Source: Actinomycetota bacterium
GTDB lineage: Bacteria > Actinomycetota > Acidimicrobiia > IMCC26256 > VFJJ01
NCBI GenBank assembly: GCA_009886115.1
Contig: VFJJ01000011.1
Span: 27,348 to 91,347 of the forward strand
Direction: 5' to 3'
DNA: 64,000 nucleotides
The notes under the pieces: generated by a model
Databases searched by the model: none
Seen by the model: the letters and a program-made list of their open reading frames with translations, nothing else
Told to the model about the DNA's origin: nothing
Part shown: positions 38,101 to 46,224 of the stretch, piece by piece
How positions within the stretch are numbered: position 1 is the stretch's first letter
Layout: every line of letters begins with the position of its first letter
Position numbers and translations under genes: made by a program

Positions 38101-38700
38101 CTCGGGCTCTACGTCTCCGACCATCCTCTCATGGGCGCCCAGCGGGCCCTGGCCCGTCACTGTGACGCCACGATCGGCGAGCTCGGCGAGCTCAAGGACG
38201 GCGACATGAGGATTGTCGGTGGTGTCGTCACCAACATGGCCCGGAAATACACCAGAAAGGGCGACCTGATGGCCACGTTCGTGCTCGAAGACCTTGAGAC
38301 GACGATCGAGGTCATGGTGTTTCCCAAGACCATGTCTGAACATGGATATCAGCTTGTCGACGATGCCATCGTTTGTGTGAAAGGTCGGCTCGACAATCGC
38401 GACGACCAGCCCAAGCTGATCTGCCTCGACGTGAAGCGCCCCGAGCTGATCCTCGACGGTGGGCCCCCGGTGCGCATCCGGCTGGGCGCCAACGCGCTCA
38501 CCGAGCGTCGCATCACGGAGCTGAAGTCGGTGCTCGAAGCGCATCCCGGTGACAGCCCCGTGTTCGTGCACCTCGACGGCGCTCCCGGCGGCGACGGCAG
38601 AACCACGGTGCTGCGCCTGGGGGACGAGTTCGCGGTCGATGCCCGCAACGGCCTCTTCGGCGAGCTGCGCGTGCTCTTCGGGGCCGGGTCGGTGCTGTAG
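35125..38700 (+). CDS. dnaE: DNA polymerase III alpha subunit (DnaE1)
   Basis: PHP domain FVHLHLHTEYSMLDGA. Polymerase core (DIDMDF, GLLKMDFLGLRNL). OB fold. 1191 aa. Confidence 0.97.
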   Translation: MTDPFVHLHLHTEYSMLDGAARIGDVVAAVKADGAPAVGITDHGNMYGVLDFYKACKAAELTPVIGMEGYFVTGSRFERPRRDDHEIRHLTLLAESTEGYHNLIKISSYAFLDGFYYKPRLDFELLEKYGKGLIATSGCLGSEVCQRLLKGDPAGALEVAATFQTILGRDNYFIEMQDHGLPEQHQVFKALLEIAEAIQAPVLATNDSHYVKREHAEAHAALLCVQTGATLDDPKRFKFDADEFYVKSAVEMRHLFRELPESCDNTLWIAERAAVEIEFGNAPLPVFPVPDGHTEASYLRELVEDGARARYGAPIPSDVRERLEYELAVITDMGFPGYFLVVWDLIRFAKESGIRVGPGRGSAAGSLISYCLRITELCPIRYDLLFERFLNPGRKQMPDIDMDFDERYRGDMIRYAAERYGDDRVAQIITFSTIKARAAVRDASRVLGYPYVVGDKIAKLMPPLIMGRDTPLYACLDPHPKFEDGYKMAAELRQLYQDDPDARRVIEVARGLEGLRRQDGIHAAAVVIAPSSLTEFLPIQRKPEGATGKGGDSGAKGGGPNRAEREANAPIVTQYEMHGVEDLGLLKMDFLGLRNLSVIDRTLELVERTTGVKPDIDGVALDDETTFAMLRRGDSIGVFQLEGGPMRALMRSLAPTSFEDICALVALYRPGPMAANMHTDYADRKNGRQAITYYDDALEEVLGDTYGLMIYQEQLMRVAQKVAGYSLAEADNLRKATGKKIRELLAMEREKFVSGCETQGFGRAFGERMFDIIEPFADYSFNKSHSFAYGLVSYQTAWLKANHPVEYLAALLTSVKANQDKAAVYLNECRQMGIEVMVPDVNVSEMDFATLYGASNERADGRITFGISGIRNVGEGVVEHVLAEREGAGLFVDFVDFCDRVDPSVLNKRTVESLIKAGAFDSLGHPRKGLLLVHEEIIDRALDRRRERDAGIMSLFGDLGGAVDPDGASFDRVKIPEVDFDKHERLKFEKEMLGLYVSDHPLMGAQRALARHCDATIGELGELKDGDMRIVGGVVTNMARKYTRKGDLMATFVLEDLETTIEVMVFPKTMSEHGYQLVDDAIVCVKGRLDNRDDQPKLICLDVKRPELILDGGPPVRIRLGANALTERRITELKSVLEAHPGDSPVFVHLDGAPGGDGRTTVLRLGDEFAVDARNGLFGELRVLFGAGSVL

Positions 38701-38797
38701 GCGCTCGGGCGATCTCACGCTGGGCTCGTCCCAGGATGTGGGAACCGGTTCCCGCTCCAATTTTCGTTGACGAGGTGTCGTCGGCCACAATGACGGC

Positions 38798-39466
38798 ATG
38801 GACGTCGAGTCACGTGATTCCGTCTCACTGAAGCCGGCAGAGCTGGACGTGCTGGCTCAGATCTTGGCTGCCTGTGGCAGCACTGTGGGCGACGCCGATC
38901 TGGATCGACAGATCGAGAGCATGCCGCTCGTCGTGCTGGTCCACGAGCAGGACGAGATCCTGGGCTTCGTGTTCGGTTCGCTCGAGCGCATCGGTGGGAC
39001 TCCTTCGATCCTCTGGTCGCTCGGCGCCAGCCGAACGACGAAGGCGGCGGCCGAGCACTTCGCCGCCATGACGCGGGAGCTCTTCCGCCGGGCGGCGATC
39101 TCGTTTCCCGACGAGGATGTCCTCGTCGGGGGAGTGTTCGCTCATCACGGTGTGTACGGGCTCCTGAGCGGCTTGTCCGAGGTGGTGCCCAGGCCGTCGT
39201 ACACGGCCACCGGCGAGGAGCGGGCCTGGGGCCGTCGTCTCGTGAAGCGCTTCGGCGTCGCGGGGGCCTACGACGACCGCCAGTTCGTGGCTGCGGGGGC
39301 TGGGCCGTCGGCGCCGGTGATCAACGCCCGCACCCTGAAGGTCGCGCCCAAGAAGGTCCCGCCGGCGTTCCAGGGCATCGAACCAGCCAACGGCGATGTC
39401 GTGGTGGCCTTCGGTTGGGCCCTGGCCGAGTTCCTCGAGTCGGTCCTCGTGGTCAGCCAGACCTGA
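38798..39466 (+). CDS. hypothetical protein
   Basis: 222-aa ORF with a coding-like GC3 pattern. No motif I recognise, apart from a weak GNAT-like beta-strand (ILGFVFG). Confidence 0.6.
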   Translation: MDVESRDSVSLKPAELDVLAQILAACGSTVGDADLDRQIESMPLVVLVHEQDEILGFVFGSLERIGGTPSILWSLGASRTTKAAAEHFAAMTRELFRRAAISFPDEDVLVGGVFAHHGVYGLLSGLSEVVPRPSYTATGEERAWGRRLVKRFGVAGAYDDRQFVAAGAGPSAPVINARTLKVAPKKVPPAFQGIEPANGDVVVAFGWALAEFLESVLVVSQT

Positions 39467-39535
39467 TACGAGATCGCCGATTCCCCGACGGCGACAGCGA
39501 CAGCGACCTCGCCGGCCCGGACCCGTGATTCACGC

Positions 39536-42031
39536 TCAGGCCCGCGGGAGCCCGAGTGGGAGCGCAGTCCGTCGGCGCACGTTGCGGGCGAGCACGAGTA
39601 GCGCCCACCCGCTCGAGCTCAGCAGGAGCGCTGCCAATCCTGTCCGACTGGTCTCGATCCCGGTGAACGCCAGGGTGTTCGTGCGGCGAGGTGCGGCGAC
39701 GGGCCCACCCACCGGGGCGGCGCCCTGCTCCACCACTGTGCCGGGCATGTCGTTGGTGACCAGGGCGGTCGTCATCGCGTTGGCCCCGATGAGCACGGTG
39801 AACGTCGGTGGGGCCTCGCTGGTCAGCGTCTGCGCCGTGCCGGTGTCGACGGCCACGGCCGTCGACACCGCGCCCGCTCGATCGGCCTCGGTGATCGAGC
39901 AGACGGTCCCCTCGGGCAACGGTGTCGCGAAGACGTGGCTGGCGGGGACGAGGCTGGCCGGGTCGGTGTCGACGGCGAACGTCGCGTCACCAGCTGAGAG
40001 CGTGACGCCGGAGCACGATGCCGTGAACGTGAACGGCCCGGTTCCCGCGCCGCCGGTTGTCGTCTTGGCGATCGTGAGCGCGCCGAACCGGAGCGCTGCC
40101 TGGCTCTTGGCGTTGGTGAAGGTGACGCCCGATTCTCGACCGCTCGTGATGACCACGGTGGTCGTCGGTCGGCCCTGGGCGTCGGATCCTCCCGGTGGAG
40201 CAACCGACATGGCCTCGGCGTCGCCCGAGGCGATCTCGGTCACCACGCACACCGCCCCCGAGGGGAGTGGTCCCGAGCGCCAGGGACGGTCGGGATCGAA
40301 CGAGATGCCCTGCTCAGCCCCGGTGATGACGGGCCGGCCGTTCAGCGAGCAGCTCGCTGCGACGGTGAACGGCCCCGTGACCGGTCCGGCGAGGGCGACC
40401 GTGGCCGTGAGCGTGCCGGCGGGCGGGAACCGGTTGTCGAAGTTCACGGTGACCGTCTGGTTGTTGACGATCGTCACGACGGTCTCGTTGGTTGGAACAC
40501 CCGCCGGTCCCGGGGGCGTGACGGTCACCGACTCGGCGCCGCCCGTTCCCGACTCGGTGACGAGGCAGACCGCCGACGCCGGCAGCGGCTCGGACACCCA
40601 GACCGCAGACGGTTCGAGCGGGATCTCGGTGACGGCAAAGACCAACGCCGCCCCGAGGGAGCACGACACGTCGGCGCTGAACCGGCCGATGGCCGGGCCG
40701 CCACTCACGGATGCGCCGATCAGGAGGTGTCCTTCGTAGCGGTTGGTCACCACGACCCGGGGGTTCTCGCCGGGCGCGAACGTGACGGTCCCCCCGCCCG
40801 TGACCTCGACCGTGGATGCGGAGTTCGGACGGCCGGGAGCCCCCGGGAGCTCCGAGACCGTGTAGGTCCCGGCCAGGAGACCCTCGAACACGTGCTGGAA
40901 GGCACCAGAGCCGGAATCGCCGTCGGGGAAGTCGTGTGATGCGACGACGCTCGAGCCGAGACGAACCTCGATCGTGTACACCTCGTCGGGCCCTGGAGTT
41001 CCCAGGATGAGCTTCTCGACCGTGATGGAGCCCCTGGTCGTCTGGAACACGGCGTTGGCGTGGGCCGTGACCGCCGTCGAGACCGTCGATGACAGCATGA
41101 GCCGTTGATGCTCGGTGCTCGAGTCGACGGCCTTGAACACGCGTCCGGAGGTGACCGCGGCGCGGTTGGTGGTCGCGCTCAGTCCCACGGTTCCGACACC
41201 GTTGTTGGGCCCGCCCAAGAGCTTGACGCAGACCTGCGACCCCGGCGTCGTGACCGCCGTGATCGGGGTGGTCGCATCGGCACACGAGACGATCGTCCCG
41301 TCACCGCCGGGATTGGTACCGGTGACCGTCAGCTCGACCGGCTCCGTCCAGTTCGCTCCCTCGACGGTGAACGCGATGAGCTGTCCCTCGGCCCCACTGG
41401 CCAGTGCCGGCGTGAACACCAGGCTCGGCGGCGGTTGTGGAGCGACGTTCGCCGGGTTGGCGGCGGCGGCGACGATCGAGTCGTACAGTGCCACCGCAGC
41501 CGGCGGGTTCGCCGACGCATCGAGGGTGAAGCCGGCCGTGACGTGCCAGATGGCTGCCTGGACCGCGACGACCTCGACATCGTCGGTATAACCCTGATCG
41601 GGCCCATGCGAGAGCAGGATCGACGAGACCCTGCTCAGAGCACTGGTCGGGATCGGCAGGTCGTTCCAGGCTGCTTCGTCGTAGGGAATCCTGAGCACGA
41701 GCTCCCGGTCGACATCGAGGCCATAGGCGAAGCCCGACGTGCCGTCGGGGAACCTCACCGTGACCAGCCCGCCGACGAACTGGGTGATGCCGGGCATCAG
41801 CGGCGTGGTGCCGGCGATCGCGCTGATGGTTCCACCCCTGGGCTCGATCGTCGCGGCCGCGAACGCCTGAGGCGCACGGGGCAGCGCCGTGAGTGCGAAG
41901 GCGGCGGTGAGTGCTGCCGCCACGCCGGTGGCGCGAGCGAGCCGTGACGTGAGCCAGGGGGGCCGAGTCGCACCGGGTGGCACTGCCGCGACGATGCGTG
42001 ACTCTGATCGAGCATCTCCCACATTCGCCAC
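39536..42031 (-). CDS. LAFTG-anchored cell-surface protein (thioester-like domain + Cna-B/SpaA-like + three DUF5979-like repeats)
   Basis: Signal peptide (ATGVAAALTAAFALTALPRAPQAFA). C-terminal sorting signal LAFTG (39659-39673), then a hydrophobic stretch, then RNVRRR. Three ~110-aa repeats each with G.F.F...C...P.G..C..TE. GTG 42031 is preceded by GGGAG. Confidence 0.85.
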   Translation of the reverse strand: MANVGDARSESRIVAAVPPGATRPPWLTSRLARATGVAAALTAAFALTALPRAPQAFAAATIEPRGGTISAIAGTTPLMPGITQFVGGLVTVRFPDGTSGFAYGLDVDRELVLRIPYDEAAWNDLPIPTSALSRVSSILLSHGPDQGYTDDVEVVAVQAAIWHVTAGFTLDASANPPAAVALYDSIVAAAANPANVAPQPPPSLVFTPALASGAEGQLIAFTVEGANWTEPVELTVTGTNPGGDGTIVSCADATTPITAVTTPGSQVCVKLLGGPNNGVGTVGLSATTNRAAVTSGRVFKAVDSSTEHQRLMLSSTVSTAVTAHANAVFQTTRGSITVEKLILGTPGPDEVYTIEVRLGSSVVASHDFPDGDSGSGAFQHVFEGLLAGTYTVSELPGAPGRPNSASTVEVTGGGTVTFAPGENPRVVVTNRYEGHLLIGASVSGGPAIGRFSADVSCSLGAALVFAVTEIPLEPSAVWVSEPLPASAVCLVTESGTGGAESVTVTPPGPAGVPTNETVVTIVNNQTVTVNFDNRFPPAGTLTATVALAGPVTGPFTVAASCSLNGRPVITGAEQGISFDPDRPWRSGPLPSGAVCVVTEIASGDAEAMSVAPPGGSDAQGRPTTTVVITSGRESGVTFTNAKSQAALRFGALTIAKTTTGGAGTGPFTFTASCSGVTLSAGDATFAVDTDPASLVPASHVFATPLPEGTVCSITEADRAGAVSTAVAVDTGTAQTLTSEAPPTFTVLIGANAMTTALVTNDMPGTVVEQGAAPVGGPVAAPRRTNTLAFTGIETSRTGLAALLLSSSGWALLVLARNVRRRTALPLGLPRA

Positions 42032-42272
42032 ATTACTCCCAAAAGCCCCACAACGCTGGTTGTGGCGGCGCGGGCACGCTCCGCACGGTGCGGATCGTGC
42101 GAGCGTTGGAGATCGGCCGGCGGCCGTCAGCGGCCAGGTGCGCGGGTGGTGCGCGGGTGGTGCCCGGCGAAATCGTGCCCGACCTCGGGACGGTCAGCGC
42201 GCGAGCGTGGCCTCGATGGTGTCGAACGACCGTCCGGCCGGAGCCACCGCGCTCGTCGGTGTTGTTCGGTGC

Positions 42273-42908
42273 TCAGGCCGAGACCGTGAAGGTGGTGCTC
42301 ATCCCGTTCGAGAAGTGCGCGGTGAGCGCGTCCGACTCGATGTCGACGAGGTTGCAGAGCAGGACGTAGGTGCCCGGCGTCAACTCGAAGGTCCCGTCGC
42401 ACGACTGTTGGGCACCGAAGGCCTCGATCTCGCCGATGACCGATCCGGCAGGAGCTCCCGCTTCGTCGAACGAGCCCTCGTCGAGCGTCGGCAGCTCGGC
42501 GATCGTGTCGGCGCGCACGACCACCACCTCGTGATGGTGAGCGCCCTTGTTCTCTGCGACGAAGCGAATCGTTCCGGCGGTGATCGACGGCGGCTGGGCC
42601 ACGATCGCGTACTCGGTGAGGTGGAGCTCGACGGTCGCCGTGGCTGTCGTCGCATCGCCGACCGGCACGCAGGGCGCGTCCTCGCCGCCATGGGCAACTC
42701 CCGAGGCGCTCCCCGACGCGGGTTCGCTGGCCTCGGCGGGCGCCGACGCTGTGGCCGAGCCCGACTCGGCGGCCGATCCGGTCTCGGCGGCGGATTCCTC
42801 GGTCGGCGTGATGTCGCGGACCCCGGCACCGTCGTCGTCGCCACAGGCGGTGAGGCCGATCGCCAGGCAGAGTCCGAGCGTGGCGACGGTTCGGGTTCGA
42901 CGGTTCAT
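42273..42908 (-). CDS. cupredoxin-like lipoprotein
   Basis: Lipobox LTAC after MNRRTRTVATLGLCLAIG. AGGAGG RBS 8 nt upstream. C-terminal cupredoxin pattern ITAGTIRFVAENKGAHHHEVVV...GTYVLLCNL...AHFSNGM (His/Cys/His/Met). Confidence 0.8.
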   Translation of the reverse strand: MNRRTRTVATLGLCLAIGLTACGDDDGAGVRDITPTEESAAETGSAAESGSATASAPAEASEPASGSASGVAHGGEDAPCVPVGDATTATATVELHLTEYAIVAQPPSITAGTIRFVAENKGAHHHEVVVVRADTIAELPTLDEGSFDEAGAPAGSVIGEIEAFGAQQSCDGTFELTPGTYVLLCNLVDIESDALTAHFSNGMSTTFTVSA

Positions 42909-44530
42909 GATGAGGTCCTCCTGAAGGACGGGCCGGGAATCCGGCGTGTTCGAGGGAACGGGGAGACGATCGCGGCGTGTTTGGCGGGCCCGGGGGGCGG
43001 TGAGCTTGCCACGATCGCGGCTCGGGTTGGACGCGGTCGTCGCGAGCCTCGCCAGCCGAGCACGGCCAGCGCGGCCACGACGATCGTCCATGCTGCCGCC
43101 AGCACGACCGAGGCCCGAGTGCGATCACGGAGATCGGGCAGGGCGTGTCGCCAGATCCGGTACACGGGGAACTCGGTGCGGGTGAAGTCGATGATCAGCC
43201 GGTGGTGCCCGGCGAGCACCTCGACGACCTGCCACACGAATGCGAGCACGCCGACGCTCCCGAGCACGCCCACGCCGACGATCCGCCCACGCGTTCTCGC
43301 CGAGTGCGCGTCGGCGCCGACCCACGATGCCAGCGCCAGCACCGCGCACGGGACGACCACCACCACCTGACGCCCAGGCCACCACCAGCCGTGCATCGTG
43401 AGCGCGACCCACGTGGCGTTGGCCCACCCGGCGGCGATCGGCACGACGAGGGCCAGGGCCGACACCCGGGCCGGCGCCTCGTCGCTGCTGGAGCTGGAGA
43501 GAGCGCCGGACCCCAGAGCACCGGGGCTCGGCTGCACGCGGTGCGCGCCAGCGACGGCAGCACGGGCCTGGGCGGCCAGGGCGGGGACGATCAGGAGGAG
43601 GACGGGGGCCCAGGCGATGAGGCCGAACTCCCGGTCGACGAGGAGGCCGATGAGTCGTTGGGTCCGGCCGAGAACGTCGGGATCGCTCCCGGTCACGGTG
43701 AGCTCGCCGCCCCGGAAGTGCGTCCCCGAGGCGTACGGGGTGAGGCCGCCGTAGATCTCCCCATGGGCCACGGCGAAGGCGACCCCGGCCAGGGTGAGGG
43801 CGACGGCCGACCCCACCAGGGCGCGGCGCCGGGACTCCCCGTGCAGCCGCCACCCCGCCACGGCCGCCAACGCCACCGCAACCGGCGCGTACTTCACCGA
43901 GAGCCATGGTAGAGCGACGATGGCCCCGATGAACGTCGTGATCCCCAGACGCCGCATGGGTCCGGTGATGGCAGCGATGGCGATGGCGACGGTCAGGGCG
44001 GCCACGATCTCGGGGTAGACCTGGGTGCCGTACACCGCCAGCGGGGCTGCCAGCGACGACGCGCCCACCACCAGGACGGTCGGTCGCACGCGAGCGCCGT
44101 ACCGGGTGACGGCCGTCCACGTCATCACGGCGGCGAGCAGTCCAGCCACGAGCGCGAGCAGCACCTTGGCCCCGATCCATCCGCCGACGGCCACAGGTAC
44201 CGCGAGCAGCACGGGCAGGAGCGGATCGTGCGGCGAGATCGCCGTCCCGTCGGCACGCAGCGTCTCCTGGCGGGGCAGGTCGACCTCGTGGAAGGCCAGG
44301 AACCGTCCGGCGACGCGTTCGTCGGCGATGTCGAGATCGCCGTCCTCGAAGAGGCTGATCGCGCTCAACAGGTACTGGGGCTCGTCGGCGGTGGTCCGGG
44401 TGTTGTAGGTGGCCCGGGCCCCGATGCCCGAGGCGCACCAAAGGGCCGTGAGGATCCCGAGCGAGATCGCAGCGCGGGTAGCCGTCGACAGCGGCCTCCT
44501 GGCCGAACGAGCAACACCGGTCGTGGTCAT
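42905..44530 (-). CDS. polytopic membrane protein, GT-C-like glycosyltransferase candidate (ArnT/PMT_2-like)
   Basis: 541 aa with more than 10 predicted TM helices. First loop has ADEPQYLLSAISLFEDGDLDIADE (acidic DE motif). ATGA overlaps at both ends (44527-44530 and 42905-42908). Confidence 0.65.
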   Translation of the reverse strand: MTTTGVARSARRPLSTATRAAISLGILTALWCASGIGARATYNTRTTADEPQYLLSAISLFEDGDLDIADERVAGRFLAFHEVDLPRQETLRADGTAISPHDPLLPVLLAVPVAVGGWIGAKVLLALVAGLLAAVMTWTAVTRYGARVRPTVLVVGASSLAAPLAVYGTQVYPEIVAALTVAIAIAAITGPMRRLGITTFIGAIVALPWLSVKYAPVAVALAAVAGWRLHGESRRRALVGSAVALTLAGVAFAVAHGEIYGGLTPYASGTHFRGGELTVTGSDPDVLGRTQRLIGLLVDREFGLIAWAPVLLLIVPALAAQARAAVAGAHRVQPSPGALGSGALSSSSSDEAPARVSALALVVPIAAGWANATWVALTMHGWWWPGRQVVVVVPCAVLALASWVGADAHSARTRGRIVGVGVLGSVGVLAFVWQVVEVLAGHHRLIIDFTRTEFPVYRIWRHALPDLRDRTRASVVLAAAWTIVVAALAVLGWRGSRRPRPTRAAIVASSPPPGPAKHAAIVSPFPRTRRIPGPSFRRTSS

Positions 44531-46218
44531 GGCACCAGCTCGGGCGGGCGCTGCGGTCGGATGACGAGCGCCCAGGTGAGCACGCCAGAGACGAGGATGA
44601 GCAGGAGGCTCCTGAACCCCGCCCGGGCGTAGAAGCCGTCGCCGGCGTTTCCGTAGATCTCGGTCGCCAGCGTCGAGAACTCGATGGGGGCCAGCAATCG
44701 GGTGGCCGGCAGCTCCTTCATGGTCGACATGAGCACCATGCCGAAGCCGGTGACCAACCCGGGGAGCATCAGCGGTCCGTCGATGGTTCGCAGTCGTCGC
44801 CATCGGCGGGCGCCGAGTGACCGGGCGGCGTCGTCGAGCCGGCCGGGGACGGCGCTCACCGCGACCTGGCTGGCGCGCAGGGCCTGCGCGCCGAAGTGCA
44901 CGACATAGGCGAGCACCAACATCGGGAAGGTCTGGTAGAGCGCCGCGCCCACGCTCGTCTGGAGCGTCCACGCCACGATCGCCAGTGCGATCACCAAGCC
45001 AGGTAAGGCGAATCCGGCCGTGACGACCACCGAGGCCGGTCCGCTGGCTCGCGATCGGTACCGTCCGGCGAGGAAGGCCAGTGGCAGCACCAGGCCGACC
45101 GTGACCACCGAGGCCACCACCGACACCCACGCCGTGTTCCACGCCGCAGACCCGACACCTTCGGAGCCCACCCCGTCGCCGCCGAGGCGGTCTCCGGTGA
45201 GGCCTCGGCTCGTCCAGAGCCCCAGGACCGCCACGGGCAGCAGCAGGGCCAGGCCGACCACAGCGGCCATGAACCCGGTGGCCACCGGCTTCCACCGTCC
45301 CAGAGGCGCTGGCCTGACCGGAGCCGTCGAGACGGCCTCGAACGGCAGTCTCCGGCGGGTGACGATCCGCTCAGCCGAGACGCACGCCAGGGCCAGCAGC
45401 CCCAGGAGGAGGCTGGAGACCGCAGCCGCGCTCGGATCGAACAGCTTGGCCCTGTCGATCTGGGTGGTGAGCGTGGTGTAGTCGAGCAGCGTCACCGCCC
45501 CGAACTCGCTGAGCACGTAGAGGAACACGATGAGGGCCCCGGCCCACACCGAGCCGGCGATCTGAGGAGCGACGACGGTCCGGAAGACCGCGAACGGCCG
45601 CCGGCCGAGCGCCCGGGCGCCCTCCTCGATCGAGCTCGGCAGGGCTCGGAGCCGAGCGGAGACGGGGAGGTACACGTACGGGTACGTGAGGAGGGTCAAG
45701 ACGGTGAACGCGCCGCTGAAGCCGCGTACGTCGGGGGTCTCGATGCCGAGCGGCTGGAGCACTTCGGCCACCAGCCCTCCGGGTGCGAATGCCGCGAGGA
45801 GCGCCAGCCCGCCGACGAACGACGGCACGACGAGCGGCAGAGGAAGGATCGCGGACCACACCCGTCGCCCCGCCAGATCCGTACGGACCACCAGCCAGGC
45901 CAGCGTCGTGCCCAGGGCCGTCGCTGCGAGGGTCACCGCCGCGGCCAGGGTGAGGGTGTGGCGCAGCGCCGTGTGGGTGATCTCGTCTCCGAGGACCTCA
46001 CCCAGGTCGGCCCCGAGCTCCACGTTTCGCCACACGAGGTACACGAACGGCGCCGCGAACAGCACAGCCACCGCGATGGAGGCCGTGATCAGGGACCGGG
46101 GCGCCCGTCGTTCGACCAACCGGGAGCCGCGGACACCCCGGACGCCCTGGGAGCCCGTGCGGCGCGCGAGCGCTCGTCGTGCCTCGCCCTGATCGACGGG
46201 TCGGGACTGCGTCGGCAC
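44527..46218 (-). CDS. iron(III)-type ABC transporter permease (two fused MetI-like domains)
   Basis: Two EAA loops (IEEGARALGRRPFAVFRTV and LDDAARSLGARRWRRLRTI). About 12 TM. Follows the binding protein after 6 nt. Confidence 0.88.
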   Translation of the reverse strand: MPTQSRPVDQGEARRALARRTGSQGVRGVRGSRLVERRAPRSLITASIAVAVLFAAPFVYLVWRNVELGADLGEVLGDEITHTALRHTLTLAAAVTLAATALGTTLAWLVVRTDLAGRRVWSAILPLPLVVPSFVGGLALLAAFAPGGLVAEVLQPLGIETPDVRGFSGAFTVLTLLTYPYVYLPVSARLRALPSSIEEGARALGRRPFAVFRTVVAPQIAGSVWAGALIVFLYVLSEFGAVTLLDYTTLTTQIDRAKLFDPSAAAVSSLLLGLLALACVSAERIVTRRRLPFEAVSTAPVRPAPLGRWKPVATGFMAAVVGLALLLPVAVLGLWTSRGLTGDRLGGDGVGSEGVGSAAWNTAWVSVVASVVTVGLVLPLAFLAGRYRSRASGPASVVVTAGFALPGLVIALAIVAWTLQTSVGAALYQTFPMLVLAYVVHFGAQALRASQVAVSAVPGRLDDAARSLGARRWRRLRTIDGPLMLPGLVTGFGMVLMSTMKELPATRLLAPIEFSTLATEIYGNAGDGFYARAGFRSLLLILVSGVLTWALVIRPQRPPELVP

Positions 46219-46224
46219 GACGGG

